This document shows positions 33,512 to 42,906 of a stretch of DNA of 64,000 nucleotides, piece by piece (positions within the stretch are counted from its first letter, which is position 1; each line of letters begins with the position of its first letter). The notes under the pieces are model-generated. The model searched no databases. It was not told where the DNA came from and saw nothing but the letters and a program-made list of their open reading frames with translations. Position numbers and translations under genes: made by a program. Origin of the DNA: Gemmatimonadota bacterium (GTDB taxonomy: Bacteria > Gemmatimonadota > Gemmatimonadetes > Gemmatimonadales > Gemmatimonadaceae). The stretch covers positions 43,490-107,489 of the forward strand of contig JAJTGR010000011.1 in assembly GCA_021299375.1 (NCBI GenBank), written 5' to 3'.

Positions 33512-34051
33512 GTGAAGGCGATCATCGCATTGCCGGTCTTCCTGGTCGTGGTCATCCTCGACATCATCACCAAGGCCGTGGCCGTGGCGACCTTGTCCCC
33601 GGCCGGTGTGCCGGTTCCCGTCTTCGGTGAGTGGTTCCGATTCGCGCTGGTCTACAATCCCGGCGCCGCATTCGGTCTGCACCTGGGACCCCTCTCGCGC
33701 TGGATCTTCATGGTGCTGACGGCGGGGGCGCTGGTCATACTCGGCCGGCTCTACCGGCAGACCGAGGATGGTGACCTCCGGCGCGTGTTGGCCATCGCGC
33801 TGGTGGCAGCGGGCGCGGTCGGCAACGTGCTGGATCGCATCCGGTCCGAGTTCGGCGTGGTGGACTTCCTCGATGTGGGGATCGGCAGCCATCGGTGGCC
33901 CACCTTCAACATTGCCGATATTGCGGTGAGCAGCGGCGCGTTCCTGCTCGCGCTCGTGCTGTGGAAGGAGGAGCGTCGCGAAGAAGCGGCGCTGGCGGCG
34001 GCCTCGGTGGCGCCGGTGCCGTCGCCCGAATCATCCGACCTCGTTCCGTGA
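33512..34051 (+). CDS. lspA: Lipoprotein signal peptidase II, copy 1
   Basis: LDIITK, YNPGAAFG, GAVGNVLDR, VVDF, FNIAD. Confidence 0.92.
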   Translation: MKAIIALPVFLVVVILDIITKAVAVATLSPAGVPVPVFGEWFRFALVYNPGAAFGLHLGPLSRWIFMVLTAGALVILGRLYRQTEDGDLRRVLAIALVAAGAVGNVLDRIRSEFGVVDFLDVGIGSHRWPTFNIADIAVSSGAFLLALVLWKEERREEAALAAASVAPVPSPESSDLVP

Positions 34052-34058
34052 TCGTTGC

Positions 34059-34637
34059 ATGAAAGTGCATGCCCGTGCTGCCACCGCCTCGGCGGTCATC
34101 AACGACGTCCCTGCTGCCTCGGCCACGCCCCGGTTCTGGGTCATCGTGGTCGTTTGCGTGGTGCTCGACTTCGTCACCAAGGCGCTCGCCGTGAAGCATC
34201 TCGTGCCGCGGCACATGCCGCACGAGATCCTCGGCGACGTGGTGCGCTTCACGCTGGCCTATAACCCAGGCGCCGCCTTCGGCATGCACCTTGGACCGGC
34301 GTCCCGCTGGATCTTCGCGGGGTTGAGCGTCGTGATCGTGGCCGTGCTGCTCCGGGCCACCGCCGACCTGACGCGCGTGTCGCGCATCGCCGCCTTTGGG
34401 GTGCCGGTGGTGATCGGTGGGGCCATCGGGAACCTGCTGGACCGGGTGCGGCTGCGCGAAGGGGTCGTCGATTTCATCGACATCGGCATCGGCACTGTGC
34501 GCTTCTGGACGTTCAACGTGGCCGATACCGCCGTCACGATCGGCGCCGCCTGTCTGGTCATCGCGCTCTGGCAGCAGGACCGGGAGCTGCAGCGTCACCA
34601 GCAACCGCCGCCGCGCGAGTCTCAGGACGTCGGGTGA
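34059..34637 (+). CDS. lspA: Lipoprotein signal peptidase II, copy 2
   Basis: LDFVTK, YNPGAAFG, GAIGNLLDR, VVDF, FNVAD. Confidence 0.92.
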   Translation: MKVHARAATASAVINDVPAASATPRFWVIVVVCVVLDFVTKALAVKHLVPRHMPHEILGDVVRFTLAYNPGAAFGMHLGPASRWIFAGLSVVIVAVLLRATADLTRVSRIAAFGVPVVIGGAIGNLLDRVRLREGVVDFIDIGIGTVRFWTFNVADTAVTIGAACLVIALWQQDRELQRHQQPPPRESQDVG

Positions 34638-35692
34638 CGCCGGCGGCCGATCGAGGGCGGCAGTTCGCGTTCACCATCGGTGAGGCCGAGGGCGCTGACG
34701 CCGGTGAGCGCCTGGACCTGCTGGTGGCGCGCATCGGCGAGCTGTCGCGCGCCCAAGCCGCCACGCTCATCGCCAACGGGCATGTGTTGGTGAGCGGCCG
34801 ACGGGAGCGGGCGTCGTACCGGGGCGAAACGGGCGACGCGGTGCAGGTCACCGTTCCGCCGCCGCCTGGGCGTGACATCGTCGCCGAGCAGATCCCGCTG
34901 GACGTTGTCTACGAGGACGAGCACCTGCTCGTCGTGGACAAACCAGCGGGCATGGTGGTGCATCCGGCGCCGGGGAACTGGTCCGGTACCCTCGTGAATG
35001 CCCTGCTGGGGCGCGGTGAGCCGCTGGCGGAAGGCGGCGGCGAGGAGCGGGCCGGACTCGTGCACCGGCTGGACAAGGACACGTCGGGGCTGCTGGTCGT
35101 GGCCAAGACCGATGCCTCGCACCGGGTACTCAGTACGGCGCTCGCTGCCCGTCAGGTGACGCGGCGCTATGTGGCGGTGTGCTGGGGGCATGTGAACGCC
35201 GACGCGATCACGGTCGACCAGCCGATCGGGCGCGATCCGCGAGACCGGACGCGCATGGCGATCGTCCCGACAGGGAAGGCCGCGCGGACGGATTTCGTGC
35301 GACTGGCCCGCTTCGACGCCGTCGACCTGTTGCGTGCCCACCTGCATTCGGGGCGGACGCACCAGATCCGGGTGCACTTGGCGTCGGTGGGGCATCCCGT
35401 CATCGGGGACGACACCTATGGCGGGGGTGGGGGGCGCCGGTTGGCGGCGCTCCCGCCGCGTCGCCACTTCCTCCATGCGGCTTGGCTCCGCTTCCGGCAC
35501 CCCGTGTCGGGGGCGGTGGTAGACCTGCGATCGCCCCTGCCGCGCGACCTGCGGCATTCGCTCGCCGTGCTCAGCGGCATGCCGGAGCTCGACACGCATG
35601 AGGACCCGCTGGATGTCTTTGGCTTCTATCGCACCGACGAGCCCGCAGCCGGCGCCCGGTCGGACGGTGCCCCCGATGCCCTTGCCGGCTGA
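34634..35692 (+). CDS. RluA/RluD family pseudouridine synthase
   Basis: S4-like N-terminus, VVDKPAGMVVHP, VHRLDKDTSG, SGRTHQIRVH, GDDTYG, FLHA. Confidence 0.93.
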   Translation: MTPAADRGRQFAFTIGEAEGADAGERLDLLVARIGELSRAQAATLIANGHVLVSGRRERASYRGETGDAVQVTVPPPPGRDIVAEQIPLDVVYEDEHLLVVDKPAGMVVHPAPGNWSGTLVNALLGRGEPLAEGGGEERAGLVHRLDKDTSGLLVVAKTDASHRVLSTALAARQVTRRYVAVCWGHVNADAITVDQPIGRDPRDRTRMAIVPTGKAARTDFVRLARFDAVDLLRAHLHSGRTHQIRVHLASVGHPVIGDDTYGGGGGRRLAALPPRRHFLHAAWLRFRHPVSGAVVDLRSPLPRDLRHSLAVLSGMPELDTHEDPLDVFGFYRTDEPAAGARSDGAPDALAG

Positions 35693-36092
35693 GCCAGCCG
35701 AGGGCGACGAGTCACCGCAGTGGCTCGTCGTGGAGGTGGGCCGGGTGCGTTACGGCATTCCGGTCGAGCAGGTGCGCGGCGTGGTGCGGCCGGGGGGGCT
35801 CCGCCCGGTCCCAGGGGCGCCCGTGCAGCAGGCCGGCATCGTGAACGTGCGAGGCGCAATCGTCACCGTCCTGGACCTGGCCGCCATGCAGTCGGGCACC
35901 CGTGCCGTGGCCCCGGGGTCGATCGTCCTGTTGCAGAACGGGGCCCGGCCGATCGGGCTGACCGTCGATGCGGTGCACGATGTCCGCGTGGTGGAGACCG
36001 GGGAGGCTGGTCGCGCCGGCGCCATTGTCCCGCTGGACGCCGTGGCACTGTGCGCCCGGCATCTGCACTCAGGCGAAGCGAGGGAACGGTGA
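35676..36092 (+). CDS. cheW: CheW coupling protein
   Basis: YGIPVEQV..VPGAP...GIVNVRGAIVTVLDL..IGLTVDAV; start overlaps the rluA end. Confidence 0.85.
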   Translation: MPLPAEPAEGDESPQWLVVEVGRVRYGIPVEQVRGVVRPGGLRPVPGAPVQQAGIVNVRGAIVTVLDLAAMQSGTRAVAPGSIVLLQNGARPIGLTVDAVHDVRVVETGEAGRAGAIVPLDAVALCARHLHSGEARER

Positions 36093-36454
36093 GCCGGACA
36101 GTACTCATCTGCGACGATGCGCTCTTCATGCGCACCATGGTCGGGGATATCCTCACTCAGGCGGGATTCGAGGTCGTGGGCGAGGCGGAAACCGGGGTGC
36201 AGGCGGTGGAGAAGTACAAGCATCTCCGCCCCGATCTCGTGACCATGGACATCGTGATGCCCGATCTGGGCGGGATCGACGCCGTGCGCGAAATCACGAA
36301 GCATGATCCGTCGGCACGCATCCTCATGTGCAGTGCCATGGGGCAGCAGGCGCTGGTGGTCGAAGCCATTCAGGCCGGGGCCAAGGACTTCGTCGTCAAG
36401 CCGTTCCAGCCCAGTCGCGTGCTGGAGGCGGTGACCCGCGTGCTCGCCGCCTGA
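36089..36454 (+). CDS. cheY: CheY response regulator (Bacillus/Thermotoga-like)
   Basis: ICDDALFMR, TMDIVMP (phospho-Asp), MCSAMGQQ, VVKPF; GTGA overlap. Confidence 0.93.
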   Translation: MSRTVLICDDALFMRTMVGDILTQAGFEVVGEAETGVQAVEKYKHLRPDLVTMDIVMPDLGGIDAVREITKHDPSARILMCSAMGQQALVVEAIQAGAKDFVVKPFQPSRVLEAVTRVLAA

Positions 36455-36479
36455 CGGCGGACCAGCCGGGATCGCCGAC

Positions 36480-38429
36480 ATGGACGCGGCGCGCTACGCC
36501 GCGCTTTTTCGCACCGAGTCCGCCGAACAGCTCGCGGAGATCGACGCGGCGCTGCTGTTGCTTGAGCACGCGCCGCAGCGGACCGACGCGCCAGCGCTCA
36601 TCGCCACGCTGTTTCGTGGCATGCACACCATCAAGGGCATGGCGGCGGCGATGGGCTACGGCGCCGTGGAGCGGCTGGCTCACGCCCTCGAGTCGCGCTG
36701 TGAAGCGCTGCGCGCCGGCAGCGAGCCGCTCGATTCCGGTGTGCTGACGCTGCTCTTCGAAGCGACCGGGGCGATGCGGGAGGCGATCGCCGATGCCACG
36801 GCCGGTGAGCCGCGCGGGGAAACGGAGGCCCACAGCGCCGCCGTTACCGAGCGGCTCGTCCGCCACGGCCCTTCGCGGACGCCGGTACGTGCCGCCGCGG
36901 AGGCCCCGCTGCCGAGCGTCGGCGCGGTGCGACCCACCTCGGCCGCGGACGACTCACGGGACAGACCGGAGGTCGACACCGCGAATGTGCGCCATGTGGA
37001 CGTGCGGCTTACCGACGACTGCCCGCTCAAAGGGGTGCGCGCCATGCTGGTGCTGGCCCGGCTGCAGCAGGTGGGCCTCGTGCGCGGCGCGCATCCGGCG
37101 CAGGAGACGTGGCAGGATGACGGCTTCGACGGCCGCTTTCGCGTCACCCTCGTCACCGGGGCGACGGATGACGCCATCACGGAGGCGGCTCGGAGTGCCG
37201 GCGACGTCGAGCGCGTGCAGGTACGCCGGCCGGCGGTGGCCGCGGCCCGGTCCGCCGCCGTCGCGACGGTAACGGCGCCCGCGGCGCACACCGTCCGCAT
37301 CGACGCCGGCCGACTTGACACGCTGCTGGATCTCGTCGGCGAGCTGGTCATCACCCGCGACCGCCTGCTGCGCGCACTCGAAGCCACCGAGCATCCCGAT
37401 CGCGAGGTACTGCGCGCCGCCCGAGACTCGGCGCGGCTGGTGGGGGCGCTGGAGGAGGAAGTCCTGCAGGCACGGCTGCTGCCGGTGGGACAGGTCTTCG
37501 ACCGGTTTCCGCGTCTGGTGCGCGATCTGGCGCACGATCTCGGCAAGACCGTGCGTCTGGTGACGGAAGGGCGGGAGATCGAGCTCGATCGTTCCGTCCT
37601 CGACGCCATTGGTGAACTGCTGCTGCACCTGCTGCGGAACGCCATCGACCACGGCATCGAGGCGCCCGCCGTACGGCGGGCCGCCGGGAAACCGGCGGAG
37701 GGAGAACTGGTGCTGCGGGCCGCGCGCGAACGGACGTCGGTGGTCGTGCAGGTGCAGGACGATGGCCGCGGTATCGACCGCACCGAGGTCTTGCGCCGTG
37801 CACGGGACCTGGGACTGGTGCCTGCCGATGTCCAGGCGCTCGACGACGACCGCCTGCGTGCCGTGATCGCCCACCCCGGCTTCTCGACGGCGCGCGAAGT
37901 CACGCGGGTCTCGGGACGCGGTGTCGGCGTCGACGTGGTGAACACGCGGGTGCGGGCCCTCGGCGGCCAGATGGAGCTGGAGTCGATCGACGGGGTTGGC
38001 ACCGTCGTCACGCTGCGCCTGCCCATCACGCTCGCCATCACTCGGGCCCTGCTGGTGGAGGTCGCCGGCACGATCTTCGCCCTCCCGGCCGCGCATGTCG
38101 ATGAGGCGGTGGCGTATCACGCCACCCAACGGACGCGTCACGGCGGCGGTCCGGCCGTCACCATCCGCGACGAGATCCTTCCGCTGGTGGCCCTTGGCGA
38201 ACGGTTCGCCCTGTGCGAGTCGTCGTCGGAGGCGCGCGAGCAGCATCTGGCGATCGTCGAGAGTGGGGGGAAGCGGGCCGCCTTGCTCGTCGACGCGCTG
38301 GTGGCGCAGCAGGACATCGTCGTCAAGCCGCTCGACCTCGTCAGGGGGGCTGCGCCGTGGTTCAGCGGTGCCACCGTGCTCGGTGACGGCAGCCCCGCGC
38401 TCATCGTCGATGTCGGGAGTGTGGTATGA
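36480..38429 (+). CDS. cheA: CheA histidine kinase (Hpt, P2, dimerisation, HATPase, CheW-like domains)
   Basis: FRGMHTIKGMA, VRIDAGRLDTLLDLVGELVI, LRNAIDHGIE, DDGRGID, PGFST, SGRGVG.DVV, QQDIVVKPL. Confidence 0.95.
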   Translation: MDAARYAALFRTESAEQLAEIDAALLLLEHAPQRTDAPALIATLFRGMHTIKGMAAAMGYGAVERLAHALESRCEALRAGSEPLDSGVLTLLFEATGAMREAIADATAGEPRGETEAHSAAVTERLVRHGPSRTPVRAAAEAPLPSVGAVRPTSAADDSRDRPEVDTANVRHVDVRLTDDCPLKGVRAMLVLARLQQVGLVRGAHPAQETWQDDGFDGRFRVTLVTGATDDAITEAARSAGDVERVQVRRPAVAAARSAAVATVTAPAAHTVRIDAGRLDTLLDLVGELVITRDRLLRALEATEHPDREVLRAARDSARLVGALEEEVLQARLLPVGQVFDRFPRLVRDLAHDLGKTVRLVTEGREIELDRSVLDAIGELLLHLLRNAIDHGIEAPAVRRAAGKPAEGELVLRAARERTSVVVQVQDDGRGIDRTEVLRRARDLGLVPADVQALDDDRLRAVIAHPGFSTAREVTRVSGRGVGVDVVNTRVRALGGQMELESIDGVGTVVTLRLPITLAITRALLVEVAGTIFALPAAHVDEAVAYHATQRTRHGGGPAVTIRDEILPLVALGERFALCESSSEAREQHLAIVESGGKRAALLVDALVAQQDIVVKPLDLVRGAAPWFSGATVLGDGSPALIVDVGSVV

Positions 38430-39115
38430 ACGCAGACCCCCAGAACACCACCACCGTGCCGGCCTCAGATGGGCGTCCGGCGCGCGGAGCACCGATGGCA
38501 ACGATCCGGTCACTCAAGGCCATCCAACTCGACGCGCTACGCGAGACGGCGAACATCGGGGCCGGGCATGCGGCCACGGCGCTCTCGCAGCTGACCGGGA
38601 GCCCCATCCTCATCAAGGTGCCCGCCATCAGTGTTGCAAGCATCGAGGCGCTGCCCGTGCGCTTTGCGCCCGACGAGGAGCCGGTCGCAGCCGTGCTCCT
38701 GCAGATGCTCGGGGACCTCACCGGCCGCACCGTGCTGGTGTTCCCCAAACCCACCGTGCTGCGCCTTGCGGAGCTCATGCTGCGCCGGCCGGTCGGCTCC
38801 TCGGTGGCCTTCAGTGAGCTCGAGACCTCGGCGATCAAGGAACTGGGCAACATCCTGAGTGGCGCCTACATGAACGCGCTCAGCGACTTCCTCGGCATGC
38901 TGCTGCTGCCCTCCCCGCCCACGCTCGTGATCGACATGTCGACGGCGGTGCTGACGAGTGCGTTCGGCGAGTTTGCCGCCGACCCCGACGCCGTGCTGTG
39001 CGTGGAGAGCGAGTTCCTGATCACCGAGATGAACCAGACGCTGCGGGGCTTCTTCCTGATGTTGCCGGACCCGGCGTCGCTGCAGGTGATGCTGCGCGCG
39101 CTGCGCCTCGCCTGA
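38426..39115 (+). CDS. cheC: CheC phosphatase
   Basis: Two ExxN sites: DALRETANIGAGHAATALS and SAIKELGNIL. Confidence 0.92.
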   Translation: MNADPQNTTTVPASDGRPARGAPMATIRSLKAIQLDALRETANIGAGHAATALSQLTGSPILIKVPAISVASIEALPVRFAPDEEPVAAVLLQMLGDLTGRTVLVFPKPTVLRLAELMLRRPVGSSVAFSELETSAIKELGNILSGAYMNALSDFLGMLLLPSPPTLVIDMSTAVLTSAFGEFAADPDAVLCVESEFLITEMNQTLRGFFLMLPDPASLQVMLRALRLA

Positions 39116-39130
39116 CGCGGCGGCTCGTCG

Positions 39131-41818
39131 ATGTCGTCCGCCGTCCCCGCCGGGCGCGACCTCGATCTGCTGCGTGCCATGCTCGACCGCGTGGACCAGC
39201 AGGATCCGGGGGCGTTCAACAACCTCGGAGTGCTCTACCACGCGCGGGGACTCCACCGGGAAGCGGTGGACGCGTTCCTGCGCGCCCTGGCGCTCGATCC
39301 GCGTATGCGGCCGGCGGCCCGCAACCTCGAAGTGGCAGCCGCCCGGCCCGGGGCCTGCGACGACCGGCTGGCCCGCCTGGATGCGCGCATCGCCACCGAC
39401 CCCGACGATCGGGCGGCACAGCGGGAGCGCGCCCAGCTCCTGCGCCTCATTGGCCGGACTGACGACGCCGTACGCCTGTTCGATGCGCTCATCGCGGAAG
39501 ATCCCGATGATGGCGATGCCCTGTTCGAACGCGGCTGCATCGAACAGCGCGCCGGGGACTTGCGCCGGGCGCAGCGCTGGTTCGAGCGTGCGGTGAACGC
39601 GGGAGCGCGCGGAGGCGCGCGGCTGCATCTCGCGGAGGTGCTCTTTCAGCGCGGCAAGAACGAACAGGCGCTCGACGTCCTGGATCGCCTGCTGGCCCAC
39701 GCCCCCGACGAAGCGGAAGCGCACCTGCTGCGCGGTTTTGTCCTGGGCGAGATGGGGCGCCACGAAGCCGCGATGATCGCGGCGCGGCGGGCGAAAGCCC
39801 TCAATCCGGCGCTGCAGACGCTGCACGCTGACCTGTCCATCGATCCCACCGCCGGGGTGGCTGGCGGTCTCGCCGGCGCCACCGCGCTGGCCGGACCGTC
39901 CGGGCCCGTCATGGCGCCGTCGTCGGAGGCGGCCTTGGCGCGCTACGGTCTCGGTCTGGCGTTCCGGCAGCGCGGGTACTTCCGCGAGGCGCGGGCGGAG
40001 TTCGCGCGTGCGCTGGCGCACGGCGAAGACGCGAGGCTGGTGCGCCACGCGCTCGCTGAACTCGACCTGCTTGACGGTGCCTCGTCGGCGGCGCGGGAGC
40101 GCTACGAGACGCTGCTGGCCGAGGAGGAGACCGCGCGATGGTGGAACGAGCATGGCGTCGCGCTGCACCAGGCCGGCGAGGTGGACGGCGCGGCGGACAG
40201 CTACCGTCGCGCCCTGCGGCTCGATCCCCGCCACGCCCTCGCGTACAACAATCTCGGGGTAGCCCTCGCTGATCGTCGGGATTCGAGCGTTGCGCGCGAC
40301 GCCTTGGCGCGCGCCGGCGAACTCGATCCGTCGCTGCTGCTGGCGCGCCTGAACCTCGGGCGCTGGCACGCGCAGCGCGGGGAGGCACTCACGGCGCTCG
40401 ACCTGTTGCGTGAGCTCGTGGCGTTCCATCCGCGCGAGGCCGACGCGTGGCATACCCTCGGCGTGGTGCTCGCGCAGTTGCGTCGTCCCGAGGAGGCCCG
40501 TGACGCCCTCGTGCAGGCCATCGAGCAGCAGCCCAAACATGCCGATGCGCGCTTCGCTCTGGCGCAGGTGCTGGAGACATTGGGCGACCCTGACGGGGCG
40601 ACCCGCGAGATGCAGCAGGCGCTGGGCCTGGCGAGCGTGCGGCGTGACCTCCATCTGGTCGTGGGAATCGACCTGCAGCGCGAATGTCCGGAGGCCGTGG
40701 GATCGATCGACCTGCTGCGGCTCGGTGGGGGCACCCCGCTTGCCGGTGTGGCACTCGATGCGGACACGGTCGGGGCGCTGCTGCCGGAGCGCATGCTGGC
40801 CTCCGCGCTTGCGGTCGAGACGGAACCGGCGACGTGGGTCGGCGAGCGCGCGCGACGCGCCTGTGACCTCGCGGATGGCTTCGGTGCACGGACGCTGCAT
40901 GGGGAGGCGGTGGAACGCTATCGGGCTGCGCGCACACTGCTGGAGGCCCACGACGATGCCGCCGCGCTGGCGGTATGGCGCCGGGCTGCGATTGGCGAAG
41001 CACGGGCACTGTGTCTGCTGCAGCAGGCACCGGAAGCGCGTCCCCTGCTGAAGCGACTGGGCGCTGTTTCGCCAACGGACCCTGAGGTGCTGGTGTTGTA
41101 TGCGGCGGCCACGGCCGACGATGAATCGGTGGGAAGTGACGAGGCACGGCGTGAGCTGGTGCGCACGGCGCTCCTGCGGCTGCTCTCGCAGCCGGTGTCG
41201 AGCGCGGCCCTGCTGCACTACGCGGGAGACATCGCGTCCCGCTTCCCCGACCCCGGGGTGGCTCTCGCGTGTTACCGGCGGGCGCTGGCCTGCGATCCCG
41301 CGCGACCGACGCCGCGGGTGGCCATTGCGCGGCTGTTGCGCACTCGGGGGGACCTGCTCGCGGCCCGTCTCGAGCTGGTGGCGGCGCTGGCGACGGCGCC
41401 GCACTGGCGCGAGGCGCTGCTGGAGCTGGCGCGCGTTCATCGGACCGCCTCGCGCCTGCCCGACGCGCGCGTGGTGCTCGTACGCCACCTCACGCGGGTG
41501 CCAACCGACCTCGAGGCCCTCGACCTGTTGGCCGAAGTCCTGATCGCCGAAGAGCGGCAGGATGACGCCCGTGTGGTCGTGGCGCGCCTGCTGCGCCACG
41601 ATCCCGACCGGCCGGCGGCACTGTGGTTCGACAGCCTGCTGCTCACGGAGCAGTCTCGGTGGCGTGAGGCGCACGCACGGTGGACTCGACTCGCGACGGT
41701 GCCGGACGGTGGCGCGTGGGCCGAACGGGCCCAGGCCGCCCTCACGCGGGCAGCCCAGCTGGCCGGCGGGCGGTCAACCCCTGCATGCGGCACGTCCGCC
41801 ATCGAACGGGTGGCGTGA
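39131..41818 (+). CDS. Large cytoplasmic TPR repeat protein (895 aa)
   Basis: Many TPR-type units (AFNNLGVLY..A...F.RAL.LDP; AYNNLGVAL; AWHTLG); no signal peptide seen. Confidence 0.85.
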   Translation: MSSAVPAGRDLDLLRAMLDRVDQQDPGAFNNLGVLYHARGLHREAVDAFLRALALDPRMRPAARNLEVAAARPGACDDRLARLDARIATDPDDRAAQRERAQLLRLIGRTDDAVRLFDALIAEDPDDGDALFERGCIEQRAGDLRRAQRWFERAVNAGARGGARLHLAEVLFQRGKNEQALDVLDRLLAHAPDEAEAHLLRGFVLGEMGRHEAAMIAARRAKALNPALQTLHADLSIDPTAGVAGGLAGATALAGPSGPVMAPSSEAALARYGLGLAFRQRGYFREARAEFARALAHGEDARLVRHALAELDLLDGASSAARERYETLLAEEETARWWNEHGVALHQAGEVDGAADSYRRALRLDPRHALAYNNLGVALADRRDSSVARDALARAGELDPSLLLARLNLGRWHAQRGEALTALDLLRELVAFHPREADAWHTLGVVLAQLRRPEEARDALVQAIEQQPKHADARFALAQVLETLGDPDGATREMQQALGLASVRRDLHLVVGIDLQRECPEAVGSIDLLRLGGGTPLAGVALDADTVGALLPERMLASALAVETEPATWVGERARRACDLADGFGARTLHGEAVERYRAARTLLEAHDDAAALAVWRRAAIGEARALCLLQQAPEARPLLKRLGAVSPTDPEVLVLYAAATADDESVGSDEARRELVRTALLRLLSQPVSSAALLHYAGDIASRFPDPGVALACYRRALACDPARPTPRVAIARLLRTRGDLLAARLELVAALATAPHWREALLELARVHRTASRLPDARVVLVRHLTRVPTDLEALDLLAEVLIAEERQDDARVVVARLLRHDPDRPAALWFDSLLLTEQSRWREAHARWTRLATVPDGGAWAERAQAALTRAAQLAGGRSTPACGTSAIERVA

Positions 41819-41819
41819 C

Positions 41820-42836
41820 ATGAGCATCGAGGGTCGGCTGCGTGACCTGAGCCTCATCGAGGTGCTGCAACTGCTGGCGCTCGGGCGGAAGACGGGGACA
41901 CTGCACTGCCATGCACCGCTGCAGGGCCGGTACGGGCGGCTGGTGTTCGATCAGGGCGCGATCCTTGATGCCGCGGTGACGGCATCGCCGGACGTGGCCT
42001 CAGGCCCGTGTCCCAACCGTCGCGCGGGCGACACCAAGGCGGTCGAGGATGCCGTGCTCGACGTGCTGCTCTGGCGTGACGGCACCTTCCGGTTCGCCGC
42101 CGGGGAGCCGACCGCGCCGACCACGGGCGTTCGTCTTGCAGTCGACCCGATTCTCATGGAGGGAGCGCTGCGCGCCGAGGGCTGGCGGCGCATCGAGGCG
42201 CGGGTGCCGCACGCGCGGGTCATTCCGACCTTCGTGGACATCGAGCCGCAGCAGCTGCCGCTGTTGCGCCTGACGCCACCGCAGTGGGAAATTCTGACCC
42301 GCGTCGATGGCCAGCGGGACCTCATGGCGCTTGCCGAGGCGATGCAGCGGGAGCTGACGGAGGTGGCGGAACTGGTGCACGACCTGATCGGCGCCGGGCT
42401 GCTGACGCTGCGCGAAGCGCAAGCGCCGCCGCGCCGAAATCCCACCCCGCCGGCCGGGCCGGCGTTCGTGCCCCAGACTGAACCGTCAACCGGACCCGTC
42501 GTGATGGTGACGCCGGCACCCGCCGATGACGAGGACGACGCAGAGGACGACGTCCACGAGGACTCGCTCTTCGACCCCATCGCCGTCGGCGCCGCGGTTG
42601 CGCCCGCCCCCGTTGAACCGTCCTTGCCTCGAGAGCAGGACGGGGCGGAGGCGCCGGCACTGCATGGGCCCACGTTGTGCCGGCACGGTGACGCACTCGC
42701 CCGCCGGGGTGACTTCCTGGGCGCCCTTGCGTACTGGAATGCCGCCTTGCGGGCGCCGGTGCCCGCAGCCGACGCGGAGCGCATCCGCGAGGTTGCGGCC
42801 CTCGCCGCGCGCCTGCACGCGCTGCTGCATCCGTAG
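41820..42836 (+). CDS. DUF4388 (PATAN-related) domain protein with HTH-like middle and acidic linker
   Basis: MSIEGRLRDLSLIEVLQLL...KTGTL..G.ILDA..LLW.DGTFRF; then WEILTRVDG....LAE; DDEDDAEDD. Confidence 0.8.
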   Translation: MSIEGRLRDLSLIEVLQLLALGRKTGTLHCHAPLQGRYGRLVFDQGAILDAAVTASPDVASGPCPNRRAGDTKAVEDAVLDVLLWRDGTFRFAAGEPTAPTTGVRLAVDPILMEGALRAEGWRRIEARVPHARVIPTFVDIEPQQLPLLRLTPPQWEILTRVDGQRDLMALAEAMQRELTEVAELVHDLIGAGLLTLREAQAPPRRNPTPPAGPAFVPQTEPSTGPVVMVTPAPADDEDDAEDDVHEDSLFDPIAVGAAVAPAPVEPSLPREQDGAEAPALHGPTLCRHGDALARRGDFLGALAYWNAALRAPVPAADAERIREVAALAARLHALLHP

Positions 42837-42906
42837 CGGCGCGCCTTCGAAATAGCAGGACACACCGGCGCAGTGGTCGGTGTGCGGCGAGGAGAGGAGC
42901 GGGCGT

